In this document: positions 39,361 through 53,626 of the stretch, in pieces
How positions within the stretch are numbered: position 1 is the stretch's first letter
How the letters are laid out: the number at the start of each line of letters is the position of its first letter
Source: Marsupella aquatica
Taxonomy: Eukaryota > Plantae > Marchantiophyta
NCBI GenBank assembly: GCA_973895155.1
Contig: OZ316895.1
Span: 20,784,803 to 20,848,802, forward strand
DNA length: 64,000 nucleotides
Direction of reading: 5' to 3'
Position numbers and translations under genes: made by a program
Notes under the pieces: model-generated
Seen by the model: only the letters and a program-made list of their open reading frames with translations
Told to the model about the DNA's origin: nothing
Databases searched by the model: none

Positions 39361-42300
39361 TTTTGGATTACTTCGATCACAAAATCGCGGAACTGCTCGG
39401 ACTAGTTCAGAACCAAAATTGAAGCAACCCGTATCGGTTGCAGGACAGTCCTTCTGTCCAGAGAGCTACAGGAAAGGATTTTCTGAACTGCTTGTCCGCA
39501 GTCGGTAGAAATTTCGACAAATTAGTGATGCAGATTTCGACGAATTAGGAGGCCAATTTGGAAAAATTAGTAAGGCAGTTCGTAAGATTTCTGCAATCTT
39601 TTCCCTCTGAGACGAATTAGGCCCCCGGAAATTGGGACAAAGGAACACTGCTTGTCCCGAGTGAATAGAGCCAGATGATTGGTTCAACTTTGAGCCTATC
39701 TGCTCTGGCATTCGGAATGGCCCCCGTCTCGAAATGCGGACTCCTTACAGAAAATATCCTGGCTCGTCTCAGAGAGCGAGCCGAAGGTGAATTGGGAATC
39801 CAGGGGATGCGATGAAACAGAATGAAAATGAGGAGAAACGTATAAACAAAAAAGCAGCTTCTGCTCGGTAGTGGTCCACGTGTTCAAGCTTATTGCTTCC
39901 ATATGGCTGTAAAAACTGTTCACACAAGGAGCTCACTTGGATAATAATCACGGACAATAATGTCGTCGCCTCACGGAAGAAGATGAAATATTCATCGTGT
40001 CTCCAAATGCCCCGCACCTTTAGTTCACCATCGCCATGTCACAAGCATTGACAACCGACAGCACGACAGAAGATTCAGCGTCAATTAGCCCGAGTGACCC
40101 GTCGGTGACAAGTCAAATAGCCGCAAAAGAAACTCCTATACCTTCCCTGTCAAAGGCTTCCAGCCATACCGACTGAACGTCATTCCAGCACACTAATCCC
40201 AAATCACGTAGCCGCAATCCCTCCAAACTTTTGCTACTGCTCGTCTCTGCTTCCGAAACGGCCTTGCATCACGAGCTCCAGCTATCCGATCTGTATGATC
40301 ACAGAACAACATGGCCATAGAACTAAGTCAAACTTCCAGGCAGGTTACGTGTCATCGTTATCACGATGACGAGAAATGAAGGAACTCAACACCATGGAGT
40401 TATCTCCAATACCACATGTGAACTAGAGCTTCCAAATGCAAAACAATGATCATCAACTTGGAACAATACCGTGACGAAGAAGATCCTGCGAGCAAGTACA
40501 AACTACATCGGAGATTTCGAGCCGAGCCAAAGCGTCAAAATGCGGAGCCAAAGAACGATCTCACGAAAGCTGCTACGACGAAAACAGGGCAATGTCGTCG
40601 CACGGACAACACCGCCACGCGCCCACGCTCTCTGCTATCGATTCCTCTTATTTAAACAACCGGCTCTGCAGCAAACTAACGCGCTCTCACGCATTCTCCA
40701 CATTCCGATGAATGCAAAATCAATGGACATTCTGTGGCTAAAGATTTCACGTGACGAGACCAGAAAGCACCGTACACGTTAAGCGTCTGCTGCATAAAAA
40801 AGACCATGCACGACGCCTGCCCGTGGCTCCGTGCCTCGTTGTGCACCGCCTGTTACACCACACAGTAGAAGACAGAAAGGCAGACCTCACGAAGAGCCCT
40901 CTACGGCAGAGCATAGCACGAGGCAGCTAGCTCCGTGTGGGCCACATACCACTGTTCCACTTTTGTCATGCGAGATTGCGAGGCAGGCAAACTCGCGAAC
41001 TGTGAACTTCGATCAAAGCTTTGCGCACGAGGAACTCGAAGCCCGCTCTCTCTCGATACATTGTGACAGACCGATCACCGATCACAGATCGCGTGGAAAA
41101 TCCGAAGGGCTCCGAAGTTGGCGTCAAATTGCGTCATCGTGACCAATCTGTCAATCATTTCGTCCTGACCATCATAGCTTAGCAGGTGAGAGAGAGAAGG
41201 GGAGTGGACGACTGGAAGTCTGCAATTTGGTCCCTCTTTTGATGAGGAGAAGCAGGTGAGAGAAAAGGGGAGCGGAGGTATTCAATTGGGTCCCTCTTCT
41301 GATGAGGAGGTGTGTGATTTTTATGTCTTTTCTTTTTCGTTAGGGGGCCAATAGGCTGTGGAAATTCACGGGTGGTGAGGTTTGGGCAATGATATAAACA
41401 TTTTTTATGGCCAGGATGGAATTCCTTATGTGCTACTTAAATACACTTCTTACAAGCATCTTATATTCCAAAAAATTTCAGTCATAATATTTTTCTTATG
41501 ACTAAATTTGTTTTTCAGTCATAAGTTTCTCTTGTGGCTACACTTTGACACTCCCTAATGCTAAACTTTGACACTCCCTAATGTCACCTTGTGTGAGGGA
41601 TTTTCATTGCTTATGGTACTATATTAATTGTGACTTTAGATCTCCCTCCAATTCAGGATAGATTCTGGCTAGTGTCACATGTTATGAATACTACTTATCT
41701 AATTTTTCTGTATTGGTTTCTGACCCTTAGATTTCACTAGATTGAAGATAGATTTGGCTAATAGGGTATGTGGCTAGGTGAGAAATTTTCCAAGGGTTTT
41801 CCTATCTCACTAGGGTCACCACTCTAACCTTTGTTGAGAAGGAGAAGATGCAAGTAAGATACTTCATTTGATTTTTTACATTTAATTTTCTACATTTAAT
41901 TTTGAACATTAATTTGTGACAATTACAGTAGATCTCTTAGATTTGAGGATAACCATAGGATTGTGGTTAGTGGGGTCAGTGTTTACGTGTGAAGCTGACT
42001 AATGGACAAACACTCGAAATGGAAAATGCTAGGAATATGCTAAAATAGTTCTCCTACAGTAGTCTAATGGGCTCGTTGGATCTCCTTAGAATGGAGGATA
42101 ACCATCAGATAATCAGATTCTTACTGGGTCTATTGCTAGGTGTAACACTAGCTAATGAAACACAAAAACTAGCCAATTTTGGCCACGAGTGACTAATATT
42201 TCTCAGTGATGCTGATGGGGTCTGTGGCTTGGTTGGACACTACCTACAGTAGCTCATAAACGACAAAAATATAGCGAAGTCTCGCTACTAGAAACGCTGG

Positions 42301-44712
42301 AGTGAAGATCTGCAATATTGTCCTTTTCTTTCGATAAGGAGGCCCTGTGGTCCGATCGACGGGAGGTGAGTAAATGTGGTCCTATCCTAACGGTCAGCCA
42401 CCGCCCGGACGCGCGGACGCGAGGAGGATCGCAGAAGATGCGTTGGGGTTCCATGGATATGCCGTTCCTCTGTCCGTCCCCCGTCGCTCCCTCTGTCCCA
42501 CATTGGCCCCCGTTACTCGCTTGCCGTCCTGTCATTGAGCTCCACGTGTGTCCTACCGTTTAGGCCCCACCCTGGCAAACATGCCGAGAGAGGATCTCGG
42601 ACACAATTATGTCGAGAGAGCACCATCATTAAAATGGGGGGCTACTCTGGGACTACGTAGGCCATATCCATCATAACTAATTAAAAAGATGCTGCTGATG
42701 ATGCGGGAAAGGGGAATGAATTAAACTTCTATGAGAGGAAATGCTCTGGAAAACCAGTTTTCTGTTGAAGTACACTAGGTCACGGAACAAATGTTAGGAT
42801 AGGTGTACACAAACTACCGGGAAGAAAACAGTCAGAAATCGCTTTGGCTGGGAAGTGTTTTGATAGTCACTCAAGACAGTCTCAAAGTTAAGTTGTAATA
42901 GCTTTTTGCATAACCAGGTTTGACTATGGTATGGTTTAGAGATATATGTTTGTGTCAGAGTTTCTTGTAAAGTTACTATAAGGAGTTTTAGCTTGAAATT
43001 ATCTTAGTTTGAGCAATTAACATTAACACATATGTGCTTTTATGGCAAAAGTTGGCCAGAAACATGGGTAGACTATTATGGATCATGGTGGATAGACATT
43101 TCTCCATGTTTACAAATGTCTTTGATAGAATAGATAACCTTTCAGGAAAAGGTAACATGTGCAAAGCATGAAGAGGAATATCTATTTGTATCTCGGTCCT
43201 CTTGGGGCCTTTTCTGCTCCTTTTCCCCACTTCTTTGCCATTGGGACACTGTCTCCCCTTTCAGAGGTTTTGCCATCTGGCACTGTGAGATACGCACTGA
43301 AACTGATGGTACCTACCTGGGAAATTCAAGAATGACACATGGGTTCTCCACTCTAGAACAATTTTCTGGCACCTTACATTCACGTGCACGGTTGACAATC
43401 CCAGGTGATACATGTGTTTCCCAATGTTTTGCAACATCTTCGGTGCCATCATTTTGTGGGGATTTTCCACAGATTTCTCTTCTTCTACCATTTGAGACTA
43501 TGGTAGAAAGCACCTTCTATTTTCCTTTTTGCTAAAGGTGACCAAGATTCAAAAGTTGAGATTCAGTAGAAATTCTAGCTAATAATTTGAGATCCAAAAC
43601 TCACTTTAGAGGCTATGGGCTAGAGTGAAGCCTTTAGACCGTGATTCTGGGTGCAGGCAAGTTTCAGGGTGAGGCAACAAGTGGGCAGGCAACAATTGGC
43701 CTTGGGCATTTTGGTTACTTTTATAGAAAAATGAGCAAACATTTTGAAGACGGAAACCGGTCTGAGCACTTTTGCAATGTATGTAGCAAAATGGCTGGGG
43801 GTGTTTAATAGCTCAACATTCACAAGCTGCTTGTGCATTTGTTCATTCTCTTGAATTGTAGGCTTGCGACCTGGTACTTCACGAGCCACTCATGACAGAC
43901 ACTGTGGGCAATTTGGACACTATATTGCTAAAAGGTGGGAAATCTCCACTCAAAGAAAGTAATGTGCATTCTAAGAGATTCTTGGATTCTTTGTTTGGGG
44001 CAATTTGTTTATGCTATGCGAGTCCTGCCTTTTATTTGTCAATTAATCATGCTCTAACTTGAAACAAAACAAAAGGATTATAGCTTCCAAAGATTAAAAA
44101 ATGATGGCAATGTGCATTGTACTGTCTTAGCTTGACTAATGAACATTACCCCCCTCATTGATCACTTTGACTCAACATTTCCTTCATTCATCTACTTGCA
44201 GGCTTAGTTACAACACTAGATCATGTGGAGCACTGGCAAATCACACTATTGCACAGGTCTATTTTCCACCCATCATTTGCTTAATTAGTTTAGAGTTTGC
44301 TTTGATCCTCTTGTTTGGTGTTTTTTGTTTGTTCTCTTTGGACCGCTTTTGCTTTTACTCTATTGTACTTTGTTCCGCCCTTATTAATGAATTGGTTACA
44401 ATTCATCCTTTTGTTTGAACAACCAAATCATGTACCCAGTGTTGTCACGGGTCAGTTTGATTTGCACTAAGTTATTCCCAAAATTGCATGAAATTGCTAA
44501 GCCCGGGTTGTTAAGTTGCCCTCAAAATGAGTTGATTACTAAGTTGCACTTCTTATAGTCAATCAGATGGCAAAACAGCTGAGAAAAAAGCTAAGATACT
44601 TGGGAGAGTGTGCTTCAATTGGATTTGGGACTAACTTAGTAATTGATTTACTTCTTTTAAGGGTAACTTCATAATTTCAGGCAATTGTGGGGACACCCTA
44701 CTGTAAAAATAG

Positions 44713-44727
44713 CCCCCCCCCCCCCCC

Positions 44728-44767
<40 letters not shown>
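44713..44767. repeat. Poly-C tract plus (CA)n microsatellite
   Basis: C15 followed by ~18 CA units. Confidence 0.95.
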
Positions 44768-44768
<1 letters not shown>

Positions 44769-44969
44769 GGTTCCCAGAATGCTCCTCCTACAAATTCAAC
44801 CTTCACATTTCTTGGAATAGCCCACCAACCGCTAAGGAAAGCAAAACACTTACGTTAGAGGCTCAAAAGTGAAGATAAGTAAATTTCAATCAAGTTTGGG
44901 GACACCATATTGTAGTAAAAATTGACTCCTCCCCCCCCCCCCCCCCCCAAACAAAAAAACCAAAAAAAG

Positions 44970-45282
44970 TGTTAGACATTTAAGTCTCTTAGGTCTAGCG
45001 TTATGACTGTAAGCTACTTAGACTAACCATGTTGTTTGGTTAGCCATGTTGAGTCATATATACACAAGTGTTTGCTTGTGAGGAGGAACTCAGGCTTATT
45101 GTTCGGAGCCACTTGAAAGATAGGAGAGATTATGTTGTGGAGGCTCAGTATGGCCGACTGGCCTAGAGTGTTGCTTTTGTGCATTCACGTGGACGTAGCC
45201 TCATTGGAGGTTAACCATGTATCTATTTGTGTCAACTACTTGTTTATTAGAGTGTCCCATGTGCATGCCATTGCAAGTTACA
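44970..45282 (+). mobile_element. Solo LTR, Copia-like (~310 bp)
   Basis: TGTTAG...TTACA ends and GTGGACGTAG...GGTTAACCATGTATCT motif; homologous to 9710-10136 (inverted). No clear TSD. Confidence 0.6.
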
Positions 45283-47747
45283 TCTTTGCTCACGAAGAAG
45301 AAGAAGAAGAATAGAAAGGTTCCCAGGTCTAGTTGCCACATCTTGGAACTAAATTTCATTTTTTTGGGTTGTAGTGGGATCAAATATGACTTTTATTAGG
45401 GCTATACCTGAGCTTAGGGTGCTGACATTGCTGTGTTTTCCCTCTTTGCCTTGGTTATGCACTCTCTTTGTGTTTTTTGCCCTTTGCTGTGCTCTCGTTC
45501 TTTTGGCTTCTTGTTTGTGGGCTCTCTCATGTTTTTGCCCTTGGCTGTGCTCTTGGTGGTGCTGTCATTTTGGTTGTTGTATTGAGACTACTAGTTTGTA
45601 ATAGAGATTTAAATTGAAATTTTGAAATGTTTGAATGAGCTGGTGAGATCAGTGTTCGTACTTGCGGGGGGCGGGGGGGTCACTATATGGAGGGACCATA
45701 CATCAAGTGCAAAGGTTTGGGTCATTTATGACCCCCTAAGTCACATCATATATAAAGTGGTACAACACCTATCATGTGATTACATGTATGCATTTTGCAA
45801 TTAAAGAACCTTATATTTCCATTGTCAACTAGCTTAATAAGTCTTTTGTCAAAACCATTTAAATGACCCTATACTTCATCGCACGTGATATGCCACTTCC
45901 ATGGAAGTGACACCCCCCCCCCCGCCCGGAGTGTTCATACTTGGGGAAGGTATAGCCCGTGCATATACGAGTGCATATCCTAAAAACAGACAGTTGCACA
46001 CTCAAGTGGACTGGCCTCTGTGTTGCAATACTTGGTTTTTCAGCCTTAGCTGTGCTTATGAGCTGGTGAGACAAATGTTCATACATTGGAAGCTATTGTA
46101 GTGGTATTTGAGACTAGTCTTTGTAGAGAGTCTTTGTAGAGACCGTTTTCTCACAGAGGGTGTTGTGCTCTTGATGTATTGGAAAGGAATCTCAGCTTCT
46201 GCTTATTTTCTGGCACTCAGCTGTTGGGACTGCTGGTATTTTTGTGAGTTTGGAAGGGAAGGGAGTCAGGTAGGGTTGTGAGTTTATAGGGGGGTACTTT
46301 GCTTGGAAAGCTATTCAGTTCTCTCAACAATTCAGGGTTCAATTCCCTAACAGAGTTTTGAGGAAGAGAATGGCACACCTGTTGCATTTGCATTATTTAT
46401 TTGATTTTGAAAGTTTCCACTGTCTCAGAGAAAATTTCCACCATTGCTCAGAAATGTTTTTTGGGCTTGTTGTCTCAGAAAATTACCCCCATAGCAAGGT
46501 ACCTGGTTTTTTTTTTAAGTTTGAAAAGTGGTGTCATTTGCCATGTGCAGGGCCCAATTGTTGCATTTTTGGGTGCTCAGAAACATTTCCGGCTCGGATT
46601 GGGGTTAAATGCAACTTGCATTTTCTCAAAGGGGGGGGGGGGGGTGGGGGGGCATAAATGGGAAGTAATGGTTGTTTTGTTAAAGGGGTTTGAAATAATT
46701 TATAGAGTACTTGTTTTAATCAATGTCTTACTCTAAGAGCACACTAACACTCTAAAATATATTAAAATAAAACAGGAAAAAGTATACTATGGTTTGCCAT
46801 ATACCCGGCCATATAGCAATGTCAGGATTTGTTTCCGTTAAATTCAACCTTTATGTTCCTTGGACAAGACAAATCAATTCTTTCCACCCAGGCATTGGAA
46901 AGGAAAGGAGAACATGTTAGAGGCCTCAAAAGTAGAGTACAGTAGTAGTGAGGTTGTTAGTTTCTGATGTCAGATCCATGAGAAAAAGCAAATGGGCTCC
47001 CCTCTTTTGTTTCTTTCCCTTTATTGGGTTGCTTTGCCTTTGGGACCCTGTCTCCCGGTTTGGTGTTTGTGCTTTTTGGCACTTTGATATATATATATAT
47101 ATATATAAGAGTAGAGAGAAAGAACCCACTTGTCATCATTAATTTCCCTCATTGCTTGGCCCACACACCGCATCTCACATTATAAATGTAAACTACTGTA
47201 TATAATTGCCATCAAGAAGCAAGTTTTCATGGTTTACAGTCTAGAGTGAAGCCTCTAGAGTGAAGCCTCTAGGCAGTGACTCTGGGTGCACAAATGAAGT
47301 TAGGGGTGCAGGTGGAAAATGATGATTGGGGTCAAGGAAAGTCTCAGAAATAGGCCAAAGGACTTGAATGTCCCCACCTCTGTATGTACATTCAAAGAAC
47401 CTGCACTTAAGCTAGTCATTCTCAAATTCTCTATCATGCTTATCTGATCAAGTGGCAAAAGATTCTGGCCAAAGTGGAATTGGCTTAATTTTGCCACTGT
47501 ACAAAATGTTGACTCAAGTCAAGGAATCCAGACGGTGGAAGGGTTGGGGTTCAACACTTGACCAGTGCGGTGAGGCTTGGCTTACGGCTTAGTTTAGTCC
47601 TGCTTCAACCCTGGACCTCCTTAACTTCCCTTGTGGCAATGGGGAGCCAAGAACATAGGAGAGCCTGCCAAGTTTACACATCAAATTGGTGCCTCAAGAT
47701 TGAAGATGTTCAAATATGAAATAGGACTCCTGTAAGGGTTTTAACGG

Positions 47748-47992
47748 TAGCCATAACTCTTTACTTGTGGGCATCTAACTCCTTGCTATGGCTGTGGTTT
47801 GCAACGCCCTAGTAGGGCATCTCGATTCTCAAGGAATAAGCAGGCTTTGGTTATAGCTTCTAAGCATATCTATTTTCACGATAACCAAAGCCCATTTACC
47901 ATATTGCTTGAGAGTTGAGATGCTCTACTAGGGTGCCTCAAACCTCAGCCATAGCAGGGAGTTAGATGCCCACAAGTGAAGAGTTACGGCTG
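47748..47992. repeat. ~245-bp near-perfect palindrome / composite foldback MITE
   Basis: GCCATAACTCTTTACTTGTGGGCATCTAACTCCTTGCTATGGCTG... pairs with ...CAGCCATAGCAGGGAGTTAGATGCCCACAAGTGAAGAGTTACGGC; arms ~105 bp. Confidence 0.9.
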
Positions 47993-48805
47993 AGGTCAAA
48001 TGTGTGCATTAGTCCAATTTGAGGTTTGGCATATCCAAAATTGGCACCTCCAGAGTGACAAACCTCAAAATGCTTTCAGGAGGTGCCAATTTGATGTGTA
48101 ATAAGAGTTGGGTTTTAGTTGGTTCATCCTGGGTTTACTCTGACTGTACCTCCCATTGACCCTGTATTTTCAGACTTTCCTGATATCCATAAGGTTAACA
48201 CTTTGTTGTCAAAAGTGCTGGGTCCTTTTGAGTCCTAAAGGCAAACATTGCGGGTCCATCCCAACACCATCTTTACAATATATCTTGCATTCTGAATCTG
48301 AGAGAAATTTGGAAGATATTTTGAGTGGATGTCTTGATAACTTTGCTTTTAAATAATAATGTTTCGATTAGGTGTGATGACGTTTGCGGTAGCATAAGAA
48401 TCGTTGATCCAGCCATGGCTGGCGGAGCAACTCGAATTGAAAATCCCCAATTCCCACTGCTCTGTACATTCCAACATTCGATCGACGGATGTGCCTACGT
48501 CAACAGGTGGGTGGTGGGTCGAGAGGCGATCGGGGCGAATGATTGAGGGAGACACTGATCCGTTTGCTGACTCCATCGCCAGAAGACGTCATTCCTGCCC
48601 TTTGAGTGGTCGATTCCAATGGTCGATTCCAATTCTAGTAAATTCCAGCAACACGTGAGCTACGGTTTTGGCGAATCTCCGGGCAGGTGAGGTAGCTCAG
48701 TTCGACTCAACAAGTAACCCCTCGACACCCACTCTCATCGCCCCTGTCGCATGACAGCCAAATATTCAATATGCTGTGTCCTTCTCATCTCTCAATACCT
48801 GTCAG

Positions 48806-49460
48806 CTTACTCACCTTCTCTCAACGTCTACCTTTGCAAGTCCGCCAGAAATTTCTATGACGGACCCAACCTCTTTCAGTGCCCGTTAGTGTTAAGATAT
48901 GTTGCAAGACAGCAAATGTTTAGGGTTTAGGTTCATTCTGTCCCAATGCTGACCAGTGTTGGGCTTAGCTGCAAGACTCCCTATAACTTGTGGATCATAC
49001 GCGTCCTGTCTAAATGGCTGCCATTGTCAGAATTGCATCTTACTCACCTTCTCTCAGTGTCCACCTTTACAAGTGTGTTGTTGAAGCCGTCACCGGTGCC
49101 ATAAGTGGGTAAACCATTGCCCACACCAAGGATCTGAGCGCAGCAAAAGTGTCTCCGAGGTTGGTGAGGGTACACTCTAGCCCACTCTGCACACCAAAAG
49201 CGTCGGAGGTGGGTGCAAGTGGAGAGGGTAAACCCGAGCCCAAACCGAGGATCTGGGCAACATCGTCTAGTTTCATTTCGAAGTCTGCCTGGAATTTCTA
49301 TGACGGACCCGTCCTATCGCCACGCCCATCCGTGTAAAAGATATGTTGCAAGGAAGCAGAACTTCTCCTGTACTGCTCATGCTGTCTTAATACCTGCTAG
49401 TGTTAGGCTTTGTTGCAAGACTCTCCACAACTTCTGGAGAATTGGTACCCTCTAAATGCC
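48806..49460. repeat. ~235-bp direct duplication; the second copy carries a ~200-bp insertion
   Basis: CTTACTCACCTTCTCTCA...AATTTCTATGACGGACCC...AGATATGTTGCAAG...TGCAAGACTC occurs twice. Confidence 0.7.
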
Positions 49461-51245
49461 GGCATTAAAATTTGAGGCAAGATTTTTGGTAGCATTTCAA
49501 TACGGGGAATGCTGTCGCAAAAAAACACAGCTTGTTGGAGTTGTACATATCCAGCAAGGTGCTCGACTGTTTGGATCTTCATTGTGTGGAGGTTTGCAAA
49601 ACCTTCAATTGTTTTGTTTTAGCTGAGAAGTTGTAGCATGATCATCCTCTCTCAATGCCTGCAAGTTGGTAATCATTGCAAGATTGCAATTTTTTTGTCA
49701 CAGATTGTACTTTCAATACGGGATGAGTTCGAGAACCCATGATTTGCAGTTTGAAGCGGAAGTTTCTGCTGCAAACTCTAGGACTTTGCTGGCAGGTAAG
49801 ATTTAACAATTGAGAATTTCCCAAGGCGGTTGAGTCCATCCAGAACATTTGGTGTTCTCAATACGCTGATGCTTAAGTGGAGTAGATACTGCCGCATGAA
49901 AAGAAATTTTTAATGTGGGATTTTCATCATTTTGTTTACAATTAATCTGCCCTGCAACTTATCGAATCAAATGGCTGCTACTCTGTCCCTCTCACCTGGA
50001 ATGTACTCCCAGTCGATCTCAGTCTGTCACTGGGCCACAATGTTTTGAGAATTATCACCCCGTTGTTTGACCAGTTCGCTGGTCGTTATTTGAACCTTGA
50101 CTCTGTCAGATTCCTTCAGTTTAACTTGGACCACTGAATGTTGTCCCCACACTAACCGGACTTTCTCCTCATCTCAAGTGGAAGGATCAGAAACAATTCC
50201 ATTCATGAACTCACATTAGGAGAAAAGAACAGCAATAACTTTGCTTCCCCAAGTGGTCAAGGAGAGCTGACTACCTCCACCAGGATCGAGCAAGTCCTCA
50301 CTCCGGCCCATGCTTGCCACTCTTTCCAAGAGATCCGATGATGGACAAAATTCGTCTTGTAGAAAACGACTATCCACTACCTAAATGCGAAAGTTGCTTA
50401 GTATCATGGATTCTTGCATCACGATTAGCTACAGTAGCTGGAGTAATCTCAGATACTGTTTAGATACTGACGTCCTATTCCTTGGCTTCGGTCCATCCTA
50501 AACCCAACCCAAGTTCCTCAGATTAGCATTGTGGCACATTAATCGTCACCCCCTACAGGCCGGGTAGTCAAGCTACCTCGGTGCGCAATTTCCTGTGGAG
50601 GCTCAGGGTACCTTGTGCTTGTCATCTTCGGAACAGAGATACTGATTCTTTCAAGATTAATGTAAAGTAGGACCTCAGTGAGAAATGGACTGCCACTCAC
50701 AGCATCAAGGACCACAATATTAGCTGACTTTTGAGCAACAAATGCGATTGGTGACAAATAATCTACGAATTCACCTTTTACATGAAATGCTTATCTTACC
50801 AATATTGTTATGGCAAACATCTTTAAAATGGAAATTGACTTGAATGATAAGTGCATACTGTGAAACTCGACTGAAATGCAAATTGGAATTCACTGTCGTG
50901 TGAAATCACTCAGCTCGTTTTCCTGGAAGCTCTTCAGAGATTAATCCGTTGGATCACTGCAAAGCTTCAACAATCGTTTCAAGCATTAATCTTTATTGCG
51001 ATAGGCTTACCAAGTTCTTTTGAGCGATGGGATGATTATATACTTGGATAAGTGAAAGTCTTCGATGCCAGTGGATATGTCTCAAGCTGTGTCAGCTAGC
51101 CAGATGAGCTTCTGACTTAACAACATCATGCAAAGGTCCTTAAAGCTACTTGGATTGTGATTCTCTCCACCATGGAATTGCAGGTGTCCACCCTGGAAAA
51201 TAGGCAGCTCCTGAGAGTTGATGTGTCGAGACTTAAGACCCCAAA

Positions 51246-51424
51246 GTGATTGATTTACAAATAAATATATGCTTAAAGTGACGAGCGAATTCGATTTGCA
51301 AGGTTGCCAGAGTAGACTTTTGCAAAAAGTGACCTGTGATTGATTTACAAATAGATATATGCTTAAAATGACGAGCGAATTCGATTTGCAAGGTTGCCAG
51401 AGGAGACTTTTGCAAAAAGTGACT
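51246..51424. repeat. 90-bp direct duplication
   Basis: GTGATTGATTTACAAATA...GCAAAAAGTGAC at 51246 and 51336. Confidence 0.9.
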
Positions 51425-52978
51425 TAGGCCTCCACATCAAGCCAGAAGCTTGTAATCCGCTGATGGGAGTTAGACTTCCTTTAGCCCTGCCGATGGTTAT
51501 CAAGTTTGGACCATCGCACCCAGTATTCTGTTTGTACATTGACTGGATATCGGGAAGGCATACTTTTCTTCCCAATTTGATATCGATTTCTGCATTCATA
51601 GTGCGCCCATCGTCATAAAGAATGAGCCCTTAGTTATCTGCTTCGATCAACTAGCGGGACAACTATTGCTATTAGTAGTACGTATAGCCCAAAGTATCCA
51701 TATTGTCAGCGAGAATAAACAGGAGAATTCTCATGTTGGACAAACTGAGCCTCTAAGTGGTTCAGATATGAGAGGCCACTTCTACATGCGATGTATTAGT
51801 CTCTACCATATCCCTAAGGATGAGAATCAAAACAAGGGCAAGACAATTGTGCAAAGCATACAATGCAAAGGGCTTGCCAGGACTCCAATGCAAAGATTCA
51901 AAGTTCATTCTCGTCTGGCCGGAGAATACGGGTCCCTCAAAACTTAAGTTTTTGAAACCAAAACTTCTGGAGATCTCTAATCGAAGTAGAGCTTCGTATA
52001 CAATGGAGCGACCCAACAACCACTCAAAGGGAGCCAATCAAGGGACTTTGCTTGATATGACCCTGAGCTCTCTGACTGACCTCAATCCACATAGGCTGAC
52101 AGACTTATGGTAAGAATTATATTTATATGTAAAGAACGATGTTGACAACCATATGATGGTACTAGGAAGTTTGCCCAGAACAGTTTATGCAATAGGTAAA
52201 TTACTGAAGCCAATCATCATAGTGTGAGGCACTGATTTCATTCTCTGGAATTCTCATTGCAAACCCTGGCCATGCTATTGGAGGTCAAGCAAACAATGGT
52301 GGACATCTGTTCCGGATGTACTAATCAGTCAAAACTACACTTTGAAAACAGCGATTAATACAACAGACTTGCCCATCATCTCCAAATATATTCGGAACTC
52401 AATTTCGGCCATTTACACAGTGCATGCTTCAGACATCAGTGTGCGACATCGTGTGGTTGCTTCACTGTAATTTTGTGGAGTTCTCATATGCTTCCAACAG
52501 GGAATAATTCTTAAAAAGACAACCACTTACATTCTCTGCATAATTCTGGTCCACTAATAATAAGCTCGAAGAAATCTTGCCCAAACATCTTCAAGTGTAA
52601 TCAGATTAAGGTCGACAACCTAGAGCGTCGCAGATTCCTGGTTGGCACAAAGCAAGCTTGAGATAAAACTCTTGACCAACACCTGTCAATGTAGGAAAAT
52701 CTTCCCAAAGAATGGAAAGACTTCAATTGAAGGTAAAAACGTTTAGGGTTCACTCAGCCGAAAGTTAATTTCCGATTTAACTTTCAACATGTTACCTACA
52801 AGACTTAGGAACCCTAAGGTTAAGAAATTGTCCTCCTCAGCTAATAACCACAAAGCTCAGGCTATGAAGTGATTTCTCAACAAACTAGTTACCTTGCTTT
52901 CGCAGAATCCCAGTACCACCTAAGGCACCTTCATAATACAACATATTTCGAAGTGAACACTGTTTCGGCACACCAATT

Positions 52979-53626
52979 TCAAACCCTATTGTATCCTACG
53001 CTTTTGCTGAAAAGCCTCTGTACAAAGTACACTTGTGCTATGCTGCATGCTATCAGACCAATTTGCACCGCCACGGTGTACCACAGGAGTCTGCTCTGCG
53101 TACTTTCATTGGTGAGCCTGTGCCGGCTTTCCCTAGATCTGTAGTACTGCTGTTCAAGAGAAACCCTCTCCACTGCCTCTTTCACTTGCGCAACCATCAT
53201 CTCAAGAGGGTTGAAATGCTCATCCTTGGCAACATCCTTGGTATTAGGGATGTGGCCCACGTGAATGGCAAAATCAACATTCTCAGGAACAGCTGTTGGA
53301 TTGTAGAAGCATATCTGATGATAACCTGGTTCCGTAGCCTTGAATTGAAACTTCTGCCCTCCTCTGGCCTTCTGGCTCACGATGTTTCTCCCCGAGGGGT
53401 CCTTTATCACCATCTCGATGTCGTCCCGTTCGGAGAACCGATCCGAATACTTGTCCAGGACCACGAAATTGCCCGCAACCATGTCCCCATGCTGCGCAAC
53501 GTACTCAGACACGCACTCCACATTCTTCACCGAGACGTGGTATGCTTCCACGAAAAAGGGCACCACTGAGAGGCAGATGAAGATCACACCCACCCGCCAT
53601 GCCTCGGCCTTTGCCGCGAAAGTCAT
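52979..53626 (-). CDS. Transmembrane emp24/p24 (GOLD-domain) protein, p24beta-type, intronless, 215 aa
   Basis: Signal peptide, ECV...AGNFVV, GYHQICFYNP, coiled coil, RHRLTNEST, TM helix and C-terminal LFSKSVGYNRV. Confidence 0.92.
   Translation of the reverse strand: MTFAAKAEAWRVGVIFICLSVVPFFVEAYHVSVKNVECVSEYVAQHGDMVAGNFVVLDKYSDRFSERDDIEMVIKDPSGRNIVSQKARGGQKFQFKATEPGYHQICFYNPTAVPENVDFAIHVGHIPNTKDVAKDEHFNPLEMMVAQVKEAVERVSLEQQYYRSRESRHRLTNESTQSRLLWYTVAVQIGLIACSIAQVYFVQRLFSKSVGYNRV

Noticed and set aside
49076-49262. Tiny solo LTR (TGTTG...CAACA)
   Set aside because: No target-site duplication; better explained as an internally duplicated insertion
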